Part shown: positions 34,194 to 45,455 of the stretch, one piece after another
Layout of the letters: each line of letters opens with the position of its first letter
How positions within the stretch are numbered: the first letter of the stretch is position 1
Assembly (NCBI RefSeq): GCF_902459465.1
Contig: NC_047072.1
Coordinates: 8,618,001 to 8,682,000, forward strand
Source: Asterias rubens
Lineage: Eukaryota
Length of the DNA: 64,000 nucleotides
Direction of reading: 5' to 3'
Notes under the pieces: generated by a model
Told to the model about the DNA's origin: nothing
Databases searched by the model: none
The model's input: the letters and a program-made list of their open reading frames with translations, nothing else
Program-made: the position numbers and the translations under genes

Positions 34194-35989
34194 TTTAGAC
34201 TCTCACGGTCGTGTGCAGTAAGTCCGTAAGGGCACAATTTCATACTTCTTTAAAGGGTCAATTTAAGTTTGATGTGCATTTTATATTATCAACTTTATGG
34301 TAAGTTTAATGGCACTATATAAAGGGTTAATTAAGTTAAGGTTCATGTGTATTTTATATTATTAATTTGATGGTAATTCAAATGGCACTAAAGGGTTATT
34401 AATGTTTATGTGTTTTTTATAGTTATCAAATTTATAGGGTAATTTTCTTCGACCGTCTTTCTTTGACCCGCACCGCTTTTCTCTGCGATCTCCAGTCAGA
34501 TACAACCAGCAACATAGAATAATTTGTGCATCAATGAGGGCGCACTTCTGCTTACTTCGTTACATTTTTGTTAGTTAAGTTTATGGTTTTGTCTCCAGAT
34601 GAAAATTATCACTGTGAAATGGCCGGCACTAGGATTTTGTACACATTTATGCAAGGTAACAATTTCAACGACGTGAAACAACCAGAAGTGGTCAAATGTT
34701 ATTCTTTACGAAAATTTACATCGGCAGGAGTGCAAGGGAAAGTATCGGTAAACTAAAGAAGAAATTAAAAATAAAATAAAGTACACGACAAATCTCTTAT
34801 GTTTATCAACAGTATTATTTCAATCAGTTTATTTCCACAGTTTCAAAATCACAATCAGTATCAAATCATAGGCAATGTATTAGTTGGAAATAAAGAAATA
34901 AATAGTTGTTTGATAAGATTAATTAAATGAATAATAAGCATTGACATTCGTGAAACTGTGGGGGACCCATACAGAAGCAAGGCTTGTGTAAGGGTAATGG
35001 TTCCCTGAGCAAGCTTGTGCATTGAGCCGATAATTATTAAATTGATGTATTATGGAAGAAGATACCCCTCGAAGTAGGAAACATGTCCCGGAAAGGACAG
35101 GTGTACTCAGAAAGGCTCAATGCACAAGCTGCTAACAATGAAAGTAGTTACCTGTAACAACGAACAATGGACAAAACAAACAAAGACAAACAAAGACGGG
35201 CCAGCGAAGTAAGAAAGGCAACATCTACTCACTGACAATCTGAATTCATTAAAAAGTACACTTAGATTTACAATGTAGGAAAGACATTATCTATCAACAA
35301 TATGAAATTCAACAAAGTACACTAAAATTTACGCTTAAATACAGAAAGACTTTTTGAGGCTTTAAGTTGAGAGTTGAGCGAGTTCCAGCCCTTGGGTCCC
35401 TCAAGTTTAACTGTTTTATAAGCAAGAGAAGTACGGGTATTATGGTATATGAAGGTTGGAGGCTTGACGAGTAAAGTGTGAGTGAATTTCATTTAATTGT
35501 CATACAAAATGTAACAACCATATAGCATGCACACTACTAGAAAATATCAAATAATTTAAATCTTACCTAACTTTTTGTCGAATGCCGTGAAGAAAGAAGA
35601 ACAGTCTATTTTTGGACATCAAAAACTCATCACCGTTTGTTTTTATCATAATTGCACAACTAAGAGAAATGTTGTTTACTCCAATGTGGTTTTCCAAATC
35701 TCAACTTGCATATTCGTCCACGATAATACAAAATTGAATAAAATACTAACAGTGCCCCCAAAACATCGCACAATTGTTCAAATTGTAGTTTCTATTGCAA
35801 ATGTACTTAAAAATGTACTTTTAATTTACAAAAACTTCAAAAATACACAAAAATTACGAACTATTTTCTTTCATGAATGTCGCTGGTTTATGTAAACCGT
35901 TTAATGTTCGTTTGTTTGTTATTCGGCTCTCGCTAGAACAATTTTTTCACAAGCTTGCATCATCGTCTGTGTCTGTCTGTCGTCTGCGC

Positions 35990-36093
35990 GACTCGCCTTG
36001 TTATAAAAAACGAACAAACTCCAACAAACTGCCACTTTTTAAAGAAAACAACAATCATGAGACGTCACAGGTGACACAGTTTGGAAAACGAAG
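35990..36093 (+). promoter_or_regulatory. Candidate TATA box and non-coding first exon of the TROVE-like gene
   Basis: TATAAAA at 36002-36008 after a CpG-containing stretch; strong donor AAG|GTAAGT at 36093/36094. Confidence 0.45.
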
Positions 36094-36969
36094 GTAAGTT
36101 TGTGTGTTGAAGTGCCGAGTTAATGTTACTTTTGTAATAGTTTATTTTCACGAAATAGATGCAATGTAATGCAATGGGTTTTTTCGTTGAAAATCGGATC
36201 GGAGAACGTCGATGATAGCTTTACCGGTTGATTTTGTGCTCAATTTTGTTTCCATTTTGTGCCATTGGCATGAAATGTTTGCGTTAAATCCTACTTCCAT
36301 TTAAACCGCGGCTATTTGTTATTCAGCAGAAAATTTGGCTAAAAAAAAGTTGTGTTCTGACAGTTATGACATGATCATGATGATGATAAAAATAATGGAG
36401 TTGTTTTGTTCACCAAATCGGGTAACGATCTGAGTTTTATTGATAAACACTTCCTGTCTGGCCTGCTCATAATTTTTTATAATGCACGCCTTCAGCAGAC
36501 CATCAGACTGACTCCAGATTTCACTTTCTGAGGTTAAAAATGAATTGGGGCATAGGGCCTTAGTTAGGGGCCTACTCAAGCTAAAAGAAAATGCAATTGC
36601 AAGTTTGAGTGCAGATGGTGGTCACTATTGTTTTTATATCAAACTCTCCCCTGGGCCTGCCTGCTGCCTGCAGTGCACCCTAATTTTGTTGGGTTTTGTA
36701 AACTTCTTCCGATTTCAAGTTCTTTGTCCCCACTTCGTTTATTTTCTTTCTGCTTCACTTGCTTGCACCTTATGGCTGTACATGTATAGAACAATTCTGT
36801 GCTGTAATAATTGTAAAGGGATCACCTTACCCAAGTCTCGAGACTATAAATATTGATACATTCAAATAAAAGTTTCATACATTTTTTTATTGCAATACAT
36901 GTAGCTCAAACAGCTTCACCTTCAATTAAAAAGTAGATGTACTTCAGCTAGACGGAACAGATTCACACC

Positions 36970-39900
36970 ATGCCTCCCACCTCAAGAGGCAAAGGAAAGC
37001 TGCGGGGACGAGGGCGTAAGCTCTTCATGGGGCAGAGCTCATTTGAGCGTCATTATGATGCCCATGGGAAGAATCGAGACAAGTATGTAGCCATCCTGAC
37101 CGTGCTACGACGAAGTGGAGTAGAGCTGTCTCTAGGTAAAAGTCTCCGCCATCAATTTTTTCTTAAACTATCGGTCTTGTTGTTATAGAGACTGCTTGTT
37201 GAAACAGCCCAAATGATTGTTATATGATGGAACACGTTTGTTAAATCAAACAAGGATTTATTAAAGAGGAGAGTTGAAATCTTGTCTTCAGGATGATATA
37301 CCCAAATAAAGAGCCTTTTTGAAAAAGCCACAAACATTAGACAACTCTTCACATACACTGATACACTGTAATTGTTAAGATTTTGGTGAAACATTTTCAA
37401 AATCATTAACTGTCAAGAAAACTTTGCCATTTAAAGCCAAGTATTTTGAAAATCAAAAAAATAATGTCTCAACACCTTTTACTTTTGCACAGCAACAAAG
37501 ACTCACGCTCTTGCGTCGGCCTGGGCTCACAACGATCATGACCTGGTAGACAGTTTACTGGCCAACTCCAAGGAGTTTGGCCTGGTTGAGATCTTGAAGG
37601 CTGCCACCATGCTGGACTCTGGTAGGAAGATTAGGGAGTGGGAGAAGAAACTCAAGTTGCAGGAGATGAATCCCAAGAAAGGGCAGAGTCGTCAGAGAAG
37701 GGCAGTTGCGAAGATTAAGGTTGCTATCAAGAATCTCATCATCTATAAACCAAAGGTACTTCACTCAAGTCCGACACCCTAAGTTAGAAAATTTCAACGG
37801 CAGTTCAACTTTGGGACATGTATACCCAACACTGTACCCAACTCATAGGAAGTATTTATCCTTTCTGATGCCTTCAACTCTTTCACTGATTAACAAACTT
37901 TTTTAAGGAAGATTTGTTCACTTGTACTCTTCTACAAACGATTATTGCCAAAGAAAATTCTTCCAGAATAGATACCAATAGTTTTTAGAAGGGGGGCGGG
38001 TTGAGTGTAAGGAGAGGGTGTTTGAAATAGAAGCATTATGTAGTCATTCTTCAAAAGTCCAACCACATGTTTTGGTTAAATTAACCCTAATACTATCGGT
38101 CTACTCTCCTGCCCAACCGGCTCTTTCCACAGATTGCAGGAAGAGACTAGGCCACATTACACAAGCCATGAGCTTTGCAAACTGTACAAGTAAAACAAAG
38201 TGAACAGAAGAAACCTAAGTGCTCACTGCTAGTCTAGAACGTATGGTACTTTTGAGGAAGTCTGTCCTGTACACGACAGGAGGGTTACAGAGGATTTGAT
38301 TTGAAGTTTCTTTCACAATACTTAAATTTGTAACTTCCTTTGCTTAGTTTGGATCTTTGAGTGGCTCGGTAGCTCGACGCATCAAACAGTGGGCATCCAG
38401 TATTTCAACTGTCAATCTGGAGTTCTTTGCTCTTCATCTCCCTAAGGAACCCTGGAAGAAACTGTCTGACCTTGTGCACTTCAATCCCGAGAAGGTAAAG
38501 CAAGTTAACTCTGTCTTGAACCTTGTGTGTAGGGCTATTCCATAGTTGCTCATGTAAGGGTAACCAAATAGAACAATATGTCTTTCTGAAAAGTAGTTAT
38601 GTTTTTTTTTATTAAGTTCACAGATCTGAACGCATGTTCAGATAGTAACTTTTTTAAAATCATATTTCTGTTTCCTGCAGTCAGTAGAACACAATTAGCC
38701 ACACATTGGGCTTCTGAAGATTTGTGTCCTCTCTTCTTTAAATCATTTTAAGCAAGTATTTTAAGTCTTTCATTACGGAAAAGCTCCATGAAAGAAAAGG
38801 ACCAGAATAAAACATCTTTTTTGTCTGACAACTTGCACCCTTTTCGCAACAGTGGACTTAAATGGATCATGCACAAACTGGTAGTGCTGCTAACTGCATG
38901 CACAGGACGGATATACTCCTCATCCCTTAACTGACCCAAGTAATCTATAGTTAACACACTCACTCACTGATCTGTGTTTTGTGGCCAAACTAGGAAATTG
39001 TTGAATGAGCTTTCACGTTTGTTGTGGGTGTTTTTTTTTTTTGGGGGGGGGGGGTTGGGGGGGAGGTGAACTTAAGCATCCTTTATTAAACATCTGTTTT
39101 CCTTCCTTTTTCCCAGGACTTTGCTAACTTGCCGTGGTTCCTGCCTTTTTGCTATGGCAAGCGAGCCCCCATAGATTCAATGGTACAGAACTGCAGTAGA
39201 ATGACCCACACCAACGTCAACGGTCTATTGCTGCTGTACAACGTCCCATACGCTCACGTCAAGACATTTAAGGACAGTCTGAATGAGGAGTCTAAGGAAC
39301 TCATCAGCAGGAGGGAGGCCATGCTGGACACATTGCTTTGGTGAGAGCCGACAACTTTATGTACTTTTAATCTTTGAAAATCTTACCATCCTAAACCCTC
39401 GATCTACAACACCCTGTTTGGATGTTTCTGTTTGACCAAGGACTGCACTGGTAAAATATGCTTTAAGTTGCTCTCCCTAACCCTTTGGTGACCACCAAAA
39501 ACATGTAAAATTGGACTTTAATAAACGGTCAAAACTTCAAAACTACAACACCCATATTCACCGCCCAGGCTCATTCGGTTGTTTAGAGCTTTCTTTTGAT
39601 TTGATGTTCAAATCTGTGCACCAAAGAACTAACAGATTATACCGAGTAAGTTTTAATGTAAATCTGTGGACAACTGGATGACTGTATTTTGTGTTTTACA
39701 AAAAGGTACCCAAACCCTTTAAGCCAATTTAATCGGCCCGAGACTGCTCAGGTTAAAACATTACGATGATATTGATTTCATTTGAATGTATAGGTATTAT
39801 GAGGATCTTTGCTGCCCTGCTGTAGATATGGTTATCGAAGAGAGGTTGAGGGCTGATGAGCCAGTCAATCTCCCCTACGGCAAACTCATGGAGCGACTGC

Positions 39901-42376
39901 TCACCATCAAGGTCATGCGAGAAGGTAAGTGCACCTCTTCATTTTTTGTTTATATAGCTGGACGAGATCAACACCAAAAATTCAGGAGGGACCCGCGTAC
40001 CTAGATGTTTTCTTTGACCGCGGTGTGGGCGCTATTAATGCTTCACTTGATGGGGTCAATTGAGTAACACTTGTTTCTTTTTAAAATTTCCTTTGACAGA
40101 AAAATTGAAGTCCGAAAGGAAGGTAGTTGCTACATTCTATCATCTGCTGCTCCCTATTGCTGAAAGAAGGCTTTTGGAAATCAAGTAAGTATCTGACATT
40201 AAACTTCGATGCTTGTGAATTACGCCAGAGATTGGCCACGAGCCATTTTGGCGGTCACAGGGTACGGATATAGACAGGGGACCAGTCTTTAGATGCTTTT
40301 GCATCCCTAAAAAAAAAAAAAAATCCCTTGAGTTATGGAGTTGTGGCTAAGGCTAGTTAGCTCCGGCTGTTGCTGAGGGCATTGCTTAAAGGGCATCCTA
40401 TCCTTCACGTGATAAATCTGTATCGGCTAATTCAGATAGCAATAGTGTAAAAGGGTTCAGTATATGCTTGCAACCCTGACGCCATTCATACCAACTGTTT
40501 TCACTCGGGTGATTATGAGAACCATTCTTTCTGTACCTCCTTTCAGGATGAGCATTGACGCTCCGGTGGTAGTCATCGGAGATCGCTCTCAGTCCATGGC
40601 CATCGCTGTACAGACCAGTACCATCATTGCTAGCCTCATCTGTGCCATCGCTAAGGCCGAGTTGTGCTTCTTCAATCGGACCAACCACCACCCACCAGTT
40701 ATGCCTAGAACTATCGAAGAGGTATGAGCAACAAAAAGTTACAGGAGAAGAGTTTTGTTTTGTGTCTGGTGCGATGTGTCATTGTTCAGTAACAATCATA
40801 GACTTTGTACAACAAAGTCTATACTGTGGAAATGTTGTTGCCGAACAGACCACGTGTAAATCGAGGAAACCAGCCTATGTATACTTATGCTGGAATTTTT
40901 TCAGCTGATCAGCTGATTTCCTCTTGTTCTTTTCAAAACAGTGGCATAGAATATTTAAAAAAACACTTAACAAAAGTTGAGTGTGCTCGTCCATTTCCTC
41001 ATTTTTTCGCATTTAGAAAGTTGCAAGTCTGTATACGCCAAGTTATATGCCAGGCTATTTTACTGTGAGCGCGTTGTTTTCACTGACACTACTACTAGGT
41101 ATGCGCCGTTTCATGCGCTACAATTCACACAAACAATTGGATAACAAATACAATTTAGTGAAACACACTATGAAAATAAACATGAGTCAAGACACATGAG
41201 GATCTTGTAATTGGCTAAATTAGTCGTACAAATTTTGTCAAAATCGGAAATGTTGGCATCTCTGCGTTTTCTTCCAGGTTCTCCACTTGGCGACGACTTT
41301 GAGCGCAGTGGGAGGGACAGCCCCTGCTGCTAGTCTCTTGCCCTACTACACAGAGAAGAAAGTTTGTAAGACATTCATCATGGTCACAGATGAAGAGGAG
41401 AATGATCCAATCTTCATTGACTTCAACCGATACTTGTAAGTATAATCTTCGAAACGGGTACTTGCCCATGATTTGATTTTACTTGGATTTTGGTTAATTT
41501 TGTCTTTTCTTAAACTGTTTGGAAATCAAACAGCTGTGTCATTATCATTGAAGGCTGATGTCCTATTTTTGTCAACAATAGACCTTATGCATGGCGTGGT
41601 TTGAGTAGAGGTCAAAAGGAGGTTGTTCATTGGCCAATCCTGGACAAGTCTGTGCGTTTCCATTGTTTCATTATCGGTTTACCTCTAAGATGGCTGCTGG
41701 ATGACGTCAACATAATCCCCCCACATCATATGGGACATGAACAATTTGCACTGGTAATCAGCAAAACTCTTGCCAACAACCAAATATGGCAGATTGATTA
41801 GTCTTTTTGTTTGTCAAGAACCTCTGTGTGTGACATCTCCCTCCCTTTGTAACAATGGCAATAATTGTATGTGCGTGACATCTCCCTCCCTTGTTACGTT
41901 GGCAACAACTTTTCATGCGTGACGTCTCCCTCCCTTTGTTACGTTGGCAATAACTGTTTGTGCTCGACAACTCCTTCCCTTCATTACATTGTCAGCAACT
42001 GTTCGTGCGTGACATCTCCCTCCAATACATTTGCAATAATTAATTGTGTGTGACATCGCCTCCCTTCGTTACACCCTCCAGTTTTGCCGATCTCTTTGAG
42101 AGGTACCACAAGGAAGTCTACCCCGCCAGGCTGGTCTTCATCTCATTCCTCAAGCAGCAACACACCACAGGGAAGATGGTGAAGAAGCTCCAGGCCAAGG
42201 GCTTCAAGCCGCTTCAGTTCCACCTGGACGACCAGCGCCCCGATCTGCTCAAGCTCAGTAACCTTCTTGGAACGCTCGCCAGCGAAAGCGAGGATTTCAA
42301 CGATAGGGTGGTCGAGGTGGAGAGTGAACTACAGATAGAAGGAACCAAGAAAGCGATGGCCAAATTGGTCGTATAG
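36970..42376 (+). CDS. Uncharacterised TROVE/Ro60-like helical domain + VWA (MIDAS) protein, 547 aa
   Basis: Exons 36970-37135, 37493-37755, 38348-38494, 39117-39340, 39794-39924, 40100-40184, 40547-40721, 41278-41435, 42082-42376 (1644 nt, GT-AG, in frame). C-terminal VVVIGDRSQSM ... GGTAP ... FIMVTDEEEN is a DxSxS/T/D MIDAS. LPYGKLMERL precedes it. The gene model is strong; the TROVE assignment comes from motif resemblance only. Confidence 0.85.
41826..42081 (+). repeat. ~44-bp minisatellite, 6 copies, ending at a splice acceptor
   Basis: Unit GTG(T/C)GTGACATCTCCCTCCCTT(T)GTTAC.TTGGCAA.AA.T. Confidence 0.85.
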
Positions 42377-43691
42377 ACACAACCAGCCTCATATTTATAT
42401 GCAGTGCAGTTTATGCAAATCAATTTTTTACTGATGTACTTTGTGTGGATGCTAGCAGCAGGTGGTGTATGTTGGCAGTCCTAAACAATATCTGTTTAGT
42501 CAATGACCAGTGATTAACCAACGGCCAACAATTATCGGCGCTGTGCTCAACTTGCACAAACTTACGTATATGTTTGCTACAATATGCAAGTGGGACCAAT
42601 TATGCGAGCACAAAACTCACTTGCGAGGAAACAGTCATACTATTTTCTTTAAACATCAATAGGATCCTATTTCAATTCAAAAAGAAGCTCTGCCCTCAAC
42701 ATCTGCATAATATACACCACTAAAGTACACTTTCAAATAGATTTATTTTACAACAAAATGTTTTCTACCCACCTTCTTGCCTTCTTATAAATGTATGGCC
42801 ATTTATAAAGCACCCACGAAACCCCCTGCAGTATGTTCGCTGCTTGGTTGCTTATGTTGCAATTGTTGGCATCAAGATACAGTGGTTAGTTTTGCGCTAG
42901 TGGAAGCCACCACTTGTTAGTCAATTGTTCTCGGAAACGTCTACGACAGTATGATCTCAGATCTATGTACAATGCAGACAATGTGCAAAACAACCGGGAA
43001 AAAAAATTGAAACTGTAATCATAACACTATGCTGTGGATATTGTATGTATAACCAATTTTTTAGTTTGAAAAGAAGATTTATTTGCTTACAAAAGTTTAG
43101 TCTACATCATGATGCAAAGTTAACATCTATATGTAATACATTTATGTTGTTTTCTGGTACACAAGCGACTTGCACAAGTCTATTGTAAATGCAGCATTCA
43201 TTGTTGAATACTTCAGTTTTTAAATCTAACAATTTTAGAAACAACGAATTGTAACATAACTGCTAATCTATTATTAATAAAGAGACTATAATTTGTATTA
43301 TAATAAACCCTTTTAAAATATAAGTTTTCAATATAATATACATATTATTAGAATAGCTTTTTATTTTAACATAAATAAGTAAAACTATACCTTAAAAAGG
43401 TTTTTGTTCACTTATATTATATATTTATTACTATTTAATTTATTATTAATATTTTTTGTGCGCATTCATTTTATTTTATTGTTGTTAAGGGTAGGGTAGC
43501 TGTCAAGTGTAAGTACATTATCAGATCAGAATTATCGCTGGTAATGTTGTTTAAAATATGGATGGGATGGTAAATAACTAAAAAAATAATCATTATTTTT
43601 ATATCTGTGGAGTAAAATGGCCCAGCATTCATAAATACTTGGTCTTAACGATGGGATGTCAATCTGTGGAAGCTAGTGCATAACTCATTAA

Positions 43692-44071
43692 AGACAGTGG
43701 ACACTATTGGTAATTGTCAAAGAGCAGTCTTCTCACTTGGTGTATCTCATGATATACATAAAATATCAAACCTGTGAAAATTTGAGCTCAATCGGTCGTC
43801 GAAGTTGCGAGATAATAATGAAAGAAAAATCACCCTTGTCACACAAAGTTGTGTACTTTCAGATGCTTGATTTCGGAGACCTCAAATTCTAAGCTTGAGG
43901 CCTCGAAATCAAATTCATAGAAAATTGCTTCTTTCTCGGAAAGCTACGTCACTTCAGAGGGAGCCGTTTCTCACAATGTTTGATACTATCAACCTCTCCC
44001 CATTGCTTGTTACCAAGTAAGGTTTTATGCCAATAATTATTTTGAGTAATTACCAATAGTGTCCACTGCCT
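43692..44071. mobile_element. AGGCAGTGGACAC MITE with TTAA TSD
   Basis: TTAA flanks at 43688-91 and 44072-75; TIRs intact. Confidence 0.8.
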
Positions 44072-44276
44072 TTAAGAGAAGGGGTATTTTGGGCAATTGT
44101 GACATCAGTGCAGAAGGCTATAAGAAATTAAACAAATGCTGTTAAAAAATACTTTTTTTGGGGGTATAGATTCTAACCACTACCCAACTGGGTTAGTTAA
44201 ACCACATACATATACATGTATACACACATGTACATGTATGCAAGCAACTGCTGGTAGGTACTGTACGACGCCTTAA

Positions 44277-44661
44277 AGGCAGTGGTCACTATTGGTAATT
44301 ACTCAAAATAATTATTCGCATAAAACCTTTCTTGGTGACGAGTAATGGGTAGAGGTTGATGGTATAAAACATTGTGAGAAATGGCTCCCTCTGCAGTGCC
44401 ATAGTTTTCGAGAAAGAAGTAATAATCCACGAATTTGATTTCAAGACCTCAAGTTTAGAACTTAAGGTCACGAAATCAACCATCTAAACGCACACAACTT
44501 CGTGTTGCAAGTTTTTTTTCTTCTTTCCTTATTATCTCGCAACTTCCATGACTGATTGAGCTCAAATTTTTACAGGTTTGTTATTTTATGCATACATGTA
44601 TGTTGAGATACACCAACTGTGAAGGCTAGTCTTTGACAATTGCCAATAGTGTCCACTGTCT
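44277..44661. mobile_element. AGGCAGTGGACAC MITE with TTAA TSD, opposite orientation to 43692-44071
   Basis: TTAA flanks at 44273-76 and 44662-65; internal sequence is the reverse complement of the neighbouring copy. Confidence 0.8.
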
Positions 44662-45455
44662 TTAAATCTCCCACTTGAATACGTTCATTGTCGATGATGA
44701 AGCAGTTGATACTCATTACATGTTAAAAAAATTATATTAATCCAATATACACTTTATATAAAAATTTTATTTGCAGAGTATCCGACAATCAACTCAAATA
44801 AAAAGGAGGGCAACAGTTAATACTGTGTTTGTCCCATTTCACATTATTTTAAAAGTTTATATTATACAGTTATTGCTTGTCATACCATCAATTACCAATA
44901 GTAAAAGAGTGTATCTACAATTACATATCATACCCAGAATTTCAGGATATATAGTTTATCTTATAAAATTAATTTGTAGAAATTACATAATCTAAAGTCA
45001 CTTAAAAATAAAAATTAAAATGTTAAACAACTTTTCTTTTTTTTTATATTAAAAATCAACAAAACAAAAACCCCAAAACAAACTCATATAAATCATTTTC
45101 AACCTGATACAAGTACTGTACAATGAATGCATAGAACATAAACCACTATAAACCAATTTAAAATGTAAATAATATTCATTCTGCTGGCTAATCAGTGCAT
45201 AACGGCCAAACAGCTTGGAGCATCAAATTTGAGCTCTTGGTTTTGAGAAAGGCAGTTAAAAAGGATGATGAGAGGCAGTAAATTAAAAAATTAATTTTGT
45301 CGGGATCTCAAAACTATATCACATCACATCCATTATCATGTCCTTACCCTAAACGTCTTTTTTTCTTGCTTAGCAGGGCTAATTTAGTGTTTACATGCCT
45401 CAGTTGATGTAGATGGGAAAATTCCAGCCTATTCCTACAGAACTGATGCCGCTTC

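Noticed and set aside
34810-35480. Inverted repeats at 35012-35028/35114-35130 and CCACAGTTTCA/TGAAACTGTGG as a novel structured RNA
   Set aside because: The surrounding sequence resembles a degraded LINE 3'UTR on the minus strand; no evidence for an independent gene.
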